From: Tubiluchus corallicola
Lineage: Eukaryota > Animalia > Priapulida
Direction: 5' to 3'
NCBI GenBank assembly: GCA_030141605.1
Contig: JAQGDQ010000617.1
Coordinates: 62,792 to 126,791 of the forward strand
DNA length: 64,000 nt
A program made the translations under genes and the position numbers. This document shows, piece after piece, positions 27,271 to 41,813 of the stretch (position 1 is its first letter; the number at the start of each line of letters is the position of its first letter). The notes under the pieces were generated by a model that was not told the origin of the DNA, made no database searches, and saw only the letters and a program-made list of their open reading frames with translations.

Positions 27271-28309
27271 ATATATATAATAATATAAAAATTATAAATA
27301 AATATATATATATATCATTTTTATTTGTACACGTGGTACAATTACACAAAAATATACAAACAGATCAAAAAGCAAAATAACATTAATTAACAAGATTAGT
27401 AAACAATGTGAATATATACAATTCAGTGTGAGTAGGATAACATGTTAAACACGTGGAACAGGTTCGTGGAATATCTTAGATGTTGAAAATTATGTTAGTT
27501 TGTTTCGTCATCATTAACCGCCTGCCGTTAATTAAGTTTTTAATCTATTATGTAACTATCATAATTCTGTTAAAATATATACTTTTATCGGATATGAAAA
27601 TGGGGTATATATAAAATTTCATCCTGTCTTTCTTTCAACGATTTTTCACCTATATTTACATCGACCCTGTATGGACTACTACAAAATGAATTCTCTGTTA
27701 TTAAACGACCGAGTTACAGATTTGCTCGCTGTACATGTGTTTTTATCAATGGAAGCACGTGTTTCTTTTTATTTTCTCACATTAACGTTCAAGGCAGATG
27801 TTTGGTACAGTCGAATGATACAACATTATCGGCCGGCCCGACAGTTTGACTTAATTCAACATATACGCCGCCTCATCATTTATTAGCATCACTTGAAAGA
27901 TGCGCCGACTTCTCCGGCGGTCACCTGAAAGATATTTTGCCCGTCGTGATAAATCGGCCTGTCCAGCGTATTGCATGTCCGAGTCTGTTAGCTATGACAA
28001 GTACATTGAATTTGACTCCAAGTGGATAGTAAATAGCATTTGTATGCGTAGCTATTTCTACGTGTGTGGGAAACATACCAAAAAATGCAGTATGGGCGAA
28101 TGGGTGATAGAAATGATACTTATTTTTTACTTATTTTATTCACACCCAATAGTAAAATACAGTCTAGAATAAAAACAATATATATATATATAACACGTTG
28201 GCAAAAAACATACAAATACAATATTTACAAGAGTGTGGTAAAAACCCAAAAGATTAACTGCTTACATGTGTCTATTGTGCACAAGGAATTTATGCAAGTT
28301 AACTCTATA

Positions 28310-28630
28310 TAAGCGTCTTTTAAATAACTTAATATTTTGTGCAGTTACGAGGGGTGCACCATCAACATATGCAGGCAATCAGTTCCAAATCTGTACCACT
28401 CGATTTGAGAAAAATTGAACAAATAATACTTTAGCAGTTCGACGCATGGAAAACTTCAGAGAATGATTTTGTCTTGTTCTATTGCAAGATACACGGGTAG
28501 AAAATTTGTCAAAATCAACATCAACTTTTCTATGAATAACTTTGTAGCATAAAACTAAATCTTTTTGAGTGCGCCTCTCTTCTAAAGATTTTAGATTTAG
28601 AATCTCCAGACGCTTAGGATATGGAATATA
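28310..28630 (-). mobile_element. CR1-clade LINE 3' fragment
   Basis: Translation YPKRLEILNLKSLEERRTQKDLVLCYKVIH...FFSNRVVQIWN matches the typical C-terminal tail of CR1-like ORF2. Confidence 0.8.
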
Positions 28631-28719
28631 CATTAAATTACATTTAAAACATATAAATTTAGAAAAACTCATAAAAACACATACATTTAGGAAAATCCGT
28701 TCTTTAACTCCACAGGAAG

Positions 28720-29015
28720 CCATGTTTTATTAATTAAATATTGAACTAAAACACAAAAGCGTGTCACGTGACAAAGTTGTCCATAATATCAATTTATGTC
28801 TGACATCAATTATCAAATTTAAAAGAAGTAAAGTAATATTTCTATTGAAAAATTTGTGTTTTTGTATTTTAATAGATTATTGTTAGTAAGTGTAAGAGAG
28901 AGAGAGAAAGAAATACCACTAGGAAAACCTACGAAAGCGTATTAGGGCCATATCTGGGTATAATCAGATTTTTTATAATCGATTATGATGGCTCTAATAC
29001 GCTTTCGTAAAAACC
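28720..29015 (+). repeat. About 300-bp block duplicated at 30310-30655 within the Antp intron
   Basis: Shared CATGTTTTATTAATTAAATATTGAAC...CTCTAATACGCTTTCGTAAAAAC; the copies differ mainly in (GA)n length. Confidence 0.9.
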
Positions 29016-30475
29016 TACGAAACAGTCTACTATTTATTTCGAAAAGCAAATAATAACTACGGCAGTTTAATTTATTAGACACACTATTAAAGACAAAATG
29101 CGTACAATAATATTTAAAATGTTTTGTGATAAGAACGTTTGGTTTGAAATAAAATGTTAAATCAAGAAAAACCAAATTTAAAAAAAAATATTATAAACAA
29201 CACAGATGTAAAAATACCAAAAAAAAAAATTTGTCAAGTTAGTATATATATATATAAATATGTTATAGTTATATGTTATATAAATAAACATATATAAATA
29301 TGTAATAAGATATTAGAATTATGTAATAATATATGTATAATTATGTAATATAATATTCTATATTATAATATATACAAGATAATATAATATATGTGTGTGT
29401 GTGTGTGTGCGTGTGTGCGTGCGCGCGTGCGTGTGTGTGTGTGTGTGTGTGTCTGTTCGCTTGCATAGCAAAATCGTCCCTAAGTCGGAAATTAAGATTT
29501 TCTAGCTATTCACATATCCTGAATCTCCATTTCTTGAGAATCATTTTGATACAAGCCCCCTCGCTGTATGCTATTTCTAAACTGAATCCACATGTGATAT
29601 GTATTATACATATCCAATGAAACGTACAGATGACTTGCATATCGACTTTTAATTCTTCTTTACTTAAAAAAGGAAATATTTTCTTTCTAAAGCATCTAGC
29701 AACAAATTCCAAAACATAGCTTCCCTTTCGTATCTACAATGTGACTCAGCCCGTTGATTCGGCATTGCACAAATTCAGTAGAAATACACTAGTATTGTAA
29801 GTCTAATAAAATGTATGCAAAAGTTTCAAAACAAAGAGACGTGGTACACAGAAATTTAATAAGTGATATAACGTTAATATACGACAGAAAAGTGTATGGC
29901 AAAAAATGGCTGTTTTCGTCACCTTTTCGAAAAAAATCGGATATTCAGTTCATAATTATAATTAACGTGTTATTAAATTGGATAATTTTTATACCATAAG
30001 ACTTTTTAAAGTAAATTCTATACATATATAGGCTATAGTATTTCACAATATTTTGTTGATAACGTTTTTTTATTACTGTTAATCGCACACAATATAATCC
30101 CAATTAAAACTTTGCCTGATTACAGATATTTTTTAAATTAAGTACGTTTTTTCTTACCTGCAAAAGTTAAGATAGAAAAAGTTATAAAAATTGTCAGACG
30201 TTATAAAAGTTATCAAATATCACACACTGATTGTTTAAGTCTTGCAAAAGGACGCTTTATAATGAACTAGTTTCTAAATTTAAGATAATAATAATAATTA
30301 CAATAATTACATGTTTTATTAATTAAATATTGAACCAAAACACAAAAGCGTGTCACGTAACAAAGTCTATAATATCAATTTACGTTTGACATCAATTATC
30401 AAATTTAAAAGAAGTAAAATAATATTTCTATTGAAAAATTTGTTTTTGTATTTTAATAGATTATTGTTAGTAAAT

Positions 30476-30538
<63 letters not shown>

Positions 30539-30711
30539 GTTGTTAAGAAAACCTACGAAAGCGTATGAGGGCCATGATTTCCGACTACAAAAAATCTGGT
30601 TAAAATCTGATTTTTATAATCGATTATCGTGGCTCTAATACGCTTTCGTAAAAACGAAAAATTTAAAATGTAAAGATAATAATAATAATAGTAATAATAA
30701 TAATAATAATA

Positions 30712-30826
<115 letters not shown>

Positions 30827-31729
30827 TGTTATAGAAACGAAAAAAATAGCTAACATTTTCTGCTCTGTTTAGGAAATAAAAAAGAGAATGATTTCTAAGT
30901 TTTTTTAAATTTTTTTACAATATGAGGATAAACGATAAAAAATAGTAAAAATCATAAATTGTTAAAATAAAAAATATGAAAGAAATATGCAGAATTCATG
31001 AGCATAAGAACAGATAAAAGTAAAGGCCTCGGTTGTAAAAAATACGCAAATAAGATGCGATTCTACATAGTAAATGTAAAACATAGACTATAGACGTATT
31101 TTTTTAAATAAAACAGGTTGTGGACTTTCATTAACTAAACTTATTTTTAGAGATATTTTTCTTGTATTTTTCATCATTTTTGAACTGTGGTGCGTGCAAT
31201 TTTTAATTGATGACAACCACGACGATGATCATAATAATAATGACGATGATTATGATGACGATTATGATAATGATTATGATGACGATGATGATGATTCTGA
31301 TTCTGAAGATGATGATAATGAGGAGGAGGATGGTGGTGGTGGTGGTGTGATTATGGTGATGACGACAGTGATGATTACGATAACAATTACAACGACAATG
31401 ACGGTAATGACATGGGGATGACGATGTTGATGATGATGGTAATGATGTAGATGTTAGTGATGATGACGGTAGTATGATAGTAAAAAGCAGTGAGGCCGTA
31501 ATTATTGTTACGTATATTTAAAAAAACTATATTTTCCACATACAGATTCCACTGTAATTAATTATGTTAATGTTCGAGCATTAACTTTCAATGATAAATT
31601 AATTAAAAAACTGAAATGATATTTTTAAACAGTACCACAATTCGTTACAACGGCTCTATGGTTCAAAATCGAGTTACCTTTCGCCGCATTTTGAACTGCA
31701 TTTTGCTCTACTTCTAATTAGCCTATCTT

Positions 31730-32230
31730 AACGACAGCTCAGGATGCTAATTACAGGTAAAATCACAGGTGTTTCGTAAGGCAAATCGCACACAATTCTC
31801 CACATACCTGTTTCACAGTAGCAATACGAAACAGAACCGACCACATCAGAAGAGAAAAGCAAAATGACGGACGAACAGACGTTATGCCATTTATACAGCC
31901 ATTTCAGTTGTTTTATGGACGCAGAGAAATACATTTAAGCTCGACTATACCATGCATCTTTGTTACGTTGAACCAATAAACCCCGTTTATTATCATAATA
32001 AATTAATACTCGCCAATGCTTGTGCATTCAGCGTTCGGGTACTTCCAGGGTGAAATTTATAATAATGAGCTAAAATTGTAATTACAACGTTGTTTAGGCA
32101 GAAATGGCTGCACGAGACATTGTATTTGACGTAGGAGTGAGAAGGCCATTACGACAGCGTAGAGCAATTTCGACCGCCAAGACATTATTTATGTTGCCGG
32201 CTATTTGGCGTTCGAATAGCTGCTACTCTG
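31730..32230. promoter_or_regulatory. Candidate intronic cis-regulatory island (Antp)
   Basis: Unique, GC-richer island between microsatellites, with clustered TTTATGG, TTTAT, TAATTA and GGCCATTA sites and CAGGT motifs. Confidence 0.4.
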
Positions 32231-32324
32231 GCTTTTAAAATAACACAAAACCGGTCCAGGTTACACTGAAAATGACAGCATTATTTTCAAAATCCATCAA
32301 TATAAGTACCATAACAACAACAAT

Positions 32325-32480
32325 AACTATTATTATTATTATTATTACTATTACTATTACTATTACTATTACTATTACTATTACTATTACCATTACCATT
32401 ACCATTACCATTACCATTACCATTACCATTACCATTACCATTACCATTACCATTACCATTACCATTACCATTACCATTAC

Positions 32481-32552
<72 letters not shown>

Positions 32553-32575
32553 GATGATGATGATGATGATGATAA
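32325..32575. repeat. (ATTACC)n/(ATT)n microsatellite
   Basis: Directly visible. Confidence 0.95.
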
Positions 32576-33255
32576 TTTTTTATTACAGGCACTTGAAAAC
32601 ACCACAACTTTATTAAAACTTTCAATTTACATAGTTAAAAAATCATGTCAAACGTTTCGACAGAGCTACTGCTGTCATCATCTGTGGTAAATTTTTATAA
32701 ACATATATATGCAGTTTATATAGGCAGAGCCTGCAGTATAGAACATTATGTATTACCTGATGATGATGGTAATGATTAAGCATACCAGTAGAAAAGAAAT
32801 CGATACAGTGTTATTATGCACTAATACTGGTAAGAAATTAAAAATTCTCCTCAATCCAGAATTAGTGAACATATTTGTGCCTCTCGAGACAAAGAAATAG
32901 TTTCAGCATTGTTAGCAGAGCTACGATTAACTGGGACATATTAATAAAAAAAGTTTATCTATGTACCTTAATAAGCCTTCTCTTTATGTACAAACAGATC
33001 AATTCTTTTAACATTATTTTCCAACACTTAGCTATTTGTTACAGTATCAATTTCTTTCCTACTGGTCTGCTTAATCATTACCTATTTGGCTTTTCTTAAA
33101 AAAATAATTAGTGCATAATATTCTATACTGTAAGTTCTGCCTATATAAACTGATTGTATGTTTTTGTAAAAAAATACCAATGATGATGACAGCAGTAACT
33201 CGGTCGAATAATTTGACATGTAAATTAAAGTTTTAATAAAGTTGTGGGTTTTTAG
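32575..33255. mobile_element. Inverted-arm element with hammerhead-like motifs, copy 2 (Antp intron)
   Basis: Homologous to 20210-20935; arms about 32575-32755 and 33110-33255 are inverted. Confidence 0.6.
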
Positions 33256-33259
33256 CATA

Positions 33260-33940
<681 letters not shown>

Positions 33941-34246
33941 CTTTCTATCATAAGTGAGTTCCCAGTATAAATACATTATTAAATTTTGCACAATGGAATG
34001 TTTCTTTTTTTGGCAGACGTTGAGCTTCCCGCGGCACGGTCTAGAGGGCGCTGCGTAGCCTTTAAATGATTCTTGCTTTTTGCGGAGGTCAGGCAAAGCA
34101 TTGCAAGGCCTACGTCCAATTTTGTAATTAATGGGAATCCATCTTGTCAACTTTACTAACAAAAACTGAACACTGTTGTAGTTGGAATGGCTTCCTATAA
34201 TTTACAGCTGTGTGAATACTAAGTTATAAATTCTCATGCTACTTAC

Positions 34247-34790
34247 AATTGGTTTCTCTCATCCACTTGTATATGGGCATAGTTGCTCCTGTTTGACCTG
34301 TTTGACTCTGATGAGGTGGTTGCTGCTGAGACTGGAAGTTCATAAGAGACTCCTCGGGAGGCGACGCGGCTGCCACGGGCGACGCTTGCGACATCGGCTG
34401 CAATTTGCAGCTGCTGTAGTGTTGAGGAGGTTGCTGTGGCGGTTGCGGTGGCGGCGGTGGCGGTACCGCCACGTGGTGACCATTCATGTTTACCTGCTGT
34501 GCATTTGATTGCTGCTGAGAGCAGGTGCCATCAATGGCACACCCGGGGTCACAACTGCCGTCATAGCCGTAATGATGCTGATTTGTACCAGTGATGGGCC
34601 GAATGTCCAACCTATCGAAGGGTGGAAACCGCGGATATGTCGGTCCTTGAAGCTGATGTTCATTTGCCGGTTCCACACCGGGGTTGTAATGATGAGACAG
34701 CTGTCGTAGGGATCCATTAACCGGCTCAGTATAATGATCAGTGCTCGACTCAAGTTCACTCAGGTATGAACTCGCAAAATATGAACTCAT
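34247..34790 (-). CDS. Antp: Antennapedia-like (Hox7-position) gene, coding exon 1
   Basis: ATG at 34790 in GCGGCCATG context. Contains the MSSYF N-terminal motif, YPRFPPFDRL (34637-34608, resembling the Antp YPRFPPYDR motif), P/Q-rich tracts and hexapeptide IYKWMR. Donor AATT|GTAAGT (GT at 34246-34245), phase 1. Confidence 0.9.
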
Positions 34791-34891
34791 GGCCGCCAGC
34801 AATTTCACTAGATGTCCATCCAATTATTTTCATCCGATGAGGTAGAACCGGTCTAAAGGATGGCCAACGATTCACCGAGCTGATGTCATCT

Positions 34892-34942
34892 CTGCAAACA
34901 TCATCAGGGAGAGTCTATTGAAAAAAAATGAAAAAAATGGAT
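34892..34942 (-). other. Candidate 3' splice acceptor(s) upstream of the Antp start codon
   Basis: Minus strand reads TCCATTTTTTTCATTTTTTTTCAATAG (AG at 34916-34915), followed by TGTTTGCAG (AG at 34893-34892). This suggests an upstream non-coding exon. Confidence 0.55.
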
Positions 34943-36701
34943 GAAACCGAACGGCTGACAATCGCTTGTCGGCAGCGTCTTCAGTAACAAAGGAGTAAAA
35001 AATGGCGCGCGGGCTGAGAAAATTTACGCAGTTTTTCATTCGGGTGAATTTTTCTCTGAAATTCTACACACTTAAATATCGAAGTGATTTACAGTGAAAA
35101 CTAGAAGTTACAATTATTTACGCAGGAAAGGAAGTCAGATGTTTTGACTAGGAGCCATATTTATAAGTTATAAGTCATTTATTTCACATTACACATTTAC
35201 AATAGTTACATATACAATATATAGTGAAAGGGTCTACAATGAACATAATACAAATAAGAAATACTGCACAGGAAAAGCCTCAAACACTGTTCACCTATAT
35301 ACAAATGTAAATGTGTTGCGGGCAATCAAAAAGCAGGGCTTGTTAGATTATCCCACACAGTAAAAGAAAAAAAGTAATGGAAATAATCTGAAAATTTTAA
35401 GTGAGCGGTATGATAAAAAATTTAGTGCTTAAAATGGAATGATGTGACGTAATGATGTGACGTAATTATTATTACTATCCATCTTCTACATGCTTTTGTA
35501 CATAGATTCTCATCCTTGTTCCTGTTTCACATTCAGCCATTTTTTACAAGCTATAATAAGCTTCTCGAATTGCTGCAGTAGTATACTCATAAATAGATAC
35601 TAATTATTATCACTATACCTGTTAACCTGGACTAAAATTATGCATTTATGTACATGTATGTAAAACGTATGTTACTATCATGTGATTATGTGAATTTACT
35701 TTAGAATTGGTGATTATATTTGTAATAATTGTACTCGCTGTTTTTCATTGTTTATAATGTGTGAAAATTTTTGTTACTAAGTATTAAAATATGTTCGTTA
35801 TCTTTTACTGCGTATGTATGTAGTGTTGGATTATAATTTGTAATTATGTCTATTGTATATGATCGCTGTTGTTCAATGTGTCACATGCGTTGGATTTTAA
35901 ATTATATATATATATATATGTGTGAATAGGTTTAATACGTTGTAATTTCTTTTAGAAATTTTAAACATATCCCTGCAAATAGAGAGAATGTATTCTGTAC
36001 ATAGTTTTTAAAAATAAAAAAATATAATAATGATACTATCATGTACTATTGATGTGAAGTAAATAAATTGAATTGAAATAAATTGAATTGAACCATGCAG
36101 ACAAAGAGTAAATGGCTATCAGTCTTTTTCATTGGCCAGTGAACGATTTTGCTCATAATGAAAGAGTTATTATAATAATAGTAATAGTAGTTATTTTAGA
36201 TACACAATTCGGTCTGAGCTGCCATCTAAGCTCTAAACGAAACCGAAAAAGATTTTTATTTATTTTTTGTTCATGCCCAATAGTAAACAATACAGTCTAC
36301 AATAAAAACAATATACATAAAAACATACAAATACAATATTTACAAGTACTGTGGTAAAGACACAGAGATTAACTCATTCTAGTATCATCATCCACCATTC
36401 CAAAGTGTTCATTCCTCTTTTCAGAATGAGCAAACCTTATTTCTCTAATTTTCAAAACTTGTTTATTATTATGATGTCATCTGCATATTAATTGGAGTAA
36501 ATATTAATTGGCTTTTCAAGTGATTAATATCATCTTAAATGTGAGCATATACAAAAGATAGAAAAGAAGTGGGAATGAATGTGTTGAAATCAACTTATGA
36601 AATAAAATACATAATAGAGTATATAATTGTGAATAATAAGATTTTCTTACAAAGTTTTTGATACGTCAAAGCGACTCGTCTAGCGTTCACTGAGCAGTTA
36701 A

Positions 36702-37231
36702 AGGAAAGGTCAAGTCTTCTGGGAAGTTATGCTTATTTCAATGTACGCGAAAAATGTTTGGATTTAGTAATAAAACTGCAATAAGCGCCTCGTGTGACTA
36801 GTAAAATAGCTTTAAAGTCTCCATCACTTCATGCTTGGGCGCTCCCATTTTAAATTCCAATTCTTCTTCCAATGACATCTTTCATCTTGAATAAAACTAG
36901 CGCACTGTCATTCTTGATCAAAAGTTTAATAAGTTTTTACAAAAAAAATAGAAAGCTAATTTTGTAATATCTTTGTGGGAAGGTAAACTGCAGAAGTTTT
37001 GATTAGTTTAAGAAGCGCGCGCTTACGAAAAGTCACGAAGCCTTCAAGTTACGTCATGATTTTCAATTGAACGGCTGAAAACGCCACGCCTATAACTATT
37101 CTATTCAGAGGTAATATATTTTAAATTTATGCTTTATAGACCATTTTTTATAAATTTCTTTGTTATGTTTTTTCAAGTTTAAGTGATAACAGTAAAATAA
37201 ACTTAACATACTGAATGATTTGTCATTTCCT
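36702..37231 (+). mobile_element. Kolobok/T2-like MITE, family A
   Basis: TTAA|AGGAAAGGTCAAGTC...TTTGTCATTTCCT|TCAA; homologous to the other family A copies. Confidence 0.7.
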
Positions 37232-37896
37232 TCAACGAGTTAATGTAGTCTCTCACTATTTAAATGTTATGGAGTGATCAAAAACAATTTCATGGCTTCA
37301 GTCCATCCATCCCAGCCACAATATCACACATACATCTCTATATGAAGCTGTGCACGATAAGTGTAGTGTGGTTTTATTCTGATTAGGAAAAGATAAACGA
37401 GACGCCATTACCGCTTGACTGTTCTTCATTTGTCACAGACTATGTTAGACATTGCTAATGAATTCTTCTCTAAGCCAATCATTTGTCATTAGTGAGCAGA
37501 TATAGAAATCAATTGAAGCTCATCGTTTTCTGACTAGCATAATAATCGCTTGTGTAGATTTATTGTTGCAAATTATGAGCGCCCTCTGGGGGGAACTTAG
37601 GCAACGATGTTTAACTAGGGCATGATTTCGTCATCGAGACAGAGCCACTTGCTTGTCCTTGCATCGATTTTATTTTTTATTCTATCAATGACATTAACTG
37701 TTTAATTTAAATGTTTATTTATTTAAACGTATTTGTCAGTGTCTTAGTAAATGAAAAAAGTGTTTTTAGTGTGTATAAGTAGTTTAATTTAAAAGCAGTG
37801 CAGCTCAAATAGTTATATTTTGGTTAAGCATTATATTCCTAGGTTCAATATTTATGCTTAAACGGGAAGAAAGGGGAACGTTAGAGTCTATCCAAA

Positions 37897-38635
<739 letters not shown>

Positions 38636-39504
38636 TATCATCATAACCATCACCATTATCATTATCACTTACATCGTTATCATCATCAGCGGCAGCACGT
38701 GCAGGGTCAAAAGCATTATATATATATAAACTTTATTTATTTTGAGTGAATTTACAACACAGTAACTAGTACTGATCACAGGATTTCGACTATGTGCAGT
38801 GATGAAATATACAATTGGTTAGTTCGATTACGTAACAACTCAAAATAGTGAATTCAAAAATACGACTAGTTCATTAATTAATACTTAATTAAAATTTACA
38901 AAAGCCACACAATAGATACGATAACAGAAACGATTCTCGATGTACATAAGCCTATAAACCCATGCAAAGTACAGGTTGTACATTGTAATGTACAATGTTA
39001 TTACTTAATTCAGAATCCAATGCATGTTGAATTAATACAATTAGTGTAGTATTATAGTTATTACAGCAGTACATGTAGTTGTTTCTAGCATAAATCGTTT
39101 ATTAATGAGTACTTGATTGAGAGATAGTCTACATAATAACTTAAAATACAATTATACGGATAATGAGTTAAGAAAACGTTTAGTGGACTTTATGTAGTTC
39201 TGCAACAATTTCAAGAGAATGCCACTGGATGGATGACCTGATTTGAGTAAAGATTATGTTAATGATGTAATTTTTCGCTTATTATTTCTTTGCAATTAGT
39301 AGATCAGTAATTCTAAATTTATGGTGAACAACAATTATCTATCGTTGTTTGTTAAGCTGCTAATTAGACCAACAATATTTCCTGCATTTGCTACTTCCAC
39401 TGTTAGGAAATCTTTAAACCTCATAGTAACCAAAATTGTGTTGCCTATTTGCAGATTTAGTGAGAATTGTTACTGCTGAAACAACTGATGGTAAAACTCA
39501 TTAA

Positions 39505-40048
39505 AGGAAAGCCGGACGATTGTGTAGAAGACAGTTCAAGATAAAGAATGCTCTAAAATATTGAAAGCTACAACAGCTTTTTTAAATCAAAGCTTAAGTT
39601 AAATAACAATTACATCGGATACTCAAATTCTAAACTCTCAAAACTACTCGCGGCTCAGCAAATCCACTAAGACTGGCAGTGGCGCCGTTTTTCACATTCG
39701 CGTGAGAAAAAATTAGACACGGTACGGTGATAAGCATCATCATCAACTGCAGTGTTCGTCTGTGACGTCAGCGTAACATAGAGTCCATTTTCGTGACGTC
39801 ACATCAGCGTCTTATAGCAATCTTCGCTTACGCAAACGTGCTTGACGCGCAGGGAAGATGCCTATCATTGCTGGAACTGTGGTTAGTTTGTGACGTAAGC
39901 GATAGGTCTGTTCAGTGGCCGCTAAGTAACTTTCCAAGGTAATTCTTAAAATATTAGAAATAGTTGCTAACTTTTATAGGCAAGAAAATGTATAATTTGG
40001 ATAGTGAATTAAAATGAGATTGAGTCTAATCAATTGTTTAGTTTTCCT
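39505..40048. mobile_element. Kolobok/T2-like MITE, family C
   Basis: TTAA|AGGAAAGCCGGACGATTG...CAATTGTTTAGTTTTCCT|TTAA; imperfect 18-bp TIRs. Confidence 0.6.
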
Positions 40049-40975
40049 TTAATTTCACCTAAAAATTCTCCGTGTTGCTTCAAAAATGTACGTTAATACA
40101 TCGCTTATTGGTAATGCATTAGTTAATTATTACCAAAGTATCTTGTATTTAGTTTAATTCAGAAATGTATTGATGCTAGTAAAAGACTTTTCTCTGAACC
40201 ATTATCTCTGTACAAGAAACTGCTTTCTTCTTCTCTTATGTCAGTCCATCATACACTCCTTTGACTCTCCTTTTCATTTTTTCTTTGAATTTTAATAATA
40301 GAATGCTCTTTGTTTAAATTTCTGTAAAAGCTGTAAATGCCAGAAGCATACGTAAGCTGAACTACTGTTCGACAAAGATTTTTTTCGATTGAAAAATAAA
40401 AATAGTTTCTACAAAAAAAACACGGCACTCCTTAATTTTATGCATAAATATTTTCTATAAAAATGCACGCCAGTCCTTAATTTTATATAAAAATATTTTC
40501 CACAAAAAAAACCGTACGCCGCTACTTAATTTTATGCACGCAAATACAGCTATCAAACATTTCGTATTTTAGCTATACTTCAAACACTAATAATTGTTAA
40601 CAAGCCAAGTTCATTTGTGTAACGATGATATATCAAAATATTATGCAATGTTTTGTATTACCGAGCAAAATGAAAGTGTCGGCTGTTCTTTGATCATGGA
40701 CCATGTGTGCATAGGTAATCCAGCCCACTAAATCAAAGTGCCATTGTCCAGTAACCAGCAACCTGGAGACGATAGTAATGCTGCAAGTTCAACGCAGCGA
40801 GAACATCGTCACTATTAGAAAGCGGCGACCATCAAAGTCGATTGTAAAACACATCGTCGATGTGTCGACGAGAGAGCTTTTGCGGTCTCCGACAAAAAAT
40901 TTCTACATCATACGATAGTGTTTGGTGGTCTTGGAAAAGATGTCGAAAACAGCTAGTGGAACTGCTAAGTTTTAC

Positions 40976-41715
40976 TATAGGTTTTACATGTCAGACCTGC
41001 GTTAACTCAAATGAAGACCTGCGTTAACTCAAATGTAGACCTGCGTTAACTCAAATGTAGATTTACGTAATTCAAATGTGTCTTGGCAACTCAAATGTAG
41101 ACTTAGGTAGTTCAAATGTGTTAACAATGGTTTTCAAGAAATCTTAAGCGTTTTTGGCAAGTCAAATGTAGACAGATGTCAAGTCAAATGTGACATTGGT
41201 ATCTCAAATGTGGATAGGTGGTAAAGTTTAAGGATGTTAAATTTAATCTTTTTAATTTCAATTTAATTATTGCTCGTAAGTTAAAATAACAACATTATAG
41301 GCCTACTAATAGTTCACTAATATTCTGTAAACTTTACATACCACTGGAACTCGTAGAGAAAACAATACATTCTTAAAATAAAAAATGTTTCTTGAGAGAA
41401 ACTAATTCATTAATGCAGTGCTAATGCATTACTTAAAAAACTAATTAGTGATTCACTGTTCATTGGGAAGCTGGAACCGATTTATTCTTTTCTGCACCAT
41501 AACCATAAAATATAATTCTAAATTGGTTTTATCTTTTTGTAATTTGCACTTAAATGAGCTAATTACCGATTTATTTAAAGCACCGCATCTACATTTGACT
41601 TACCTGAGTCATATTTGAGTTACCAAAACACATTCGAAATTCCTATGTCTACATTTGACTTACCTAAGTCACATTTGAACTTTCCGGTGTCTACATTTGA
41701 CGTGTAAAACCTATA
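40976..41715. mobile_element. TIR MITE with subterminal repeats
   Basis: TIR TATAGGTTTTACA(T/C)GTCA, 17/18 match; CAAATGTAGAC arrays at the left end and their reverse complement at the right end. Confidence 0.75.
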
Positions 41716-41813
41716 TTAAATTTCTTTTTGGAACATTACAGACGTTGCCTTTTAACCACAGCAAAGTCATTGTGAGAATGTGTAAAATTCTTAATACCTT
41801 CCAAACCTTGTAA

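Noticed and set aside
34791-34823. ORF-track N-terminal extension MDGHLVKLLAA of Antp
   Set aside because: It begins at a TTG; the conserved MSSYF ATG at 34790 is the likely start.
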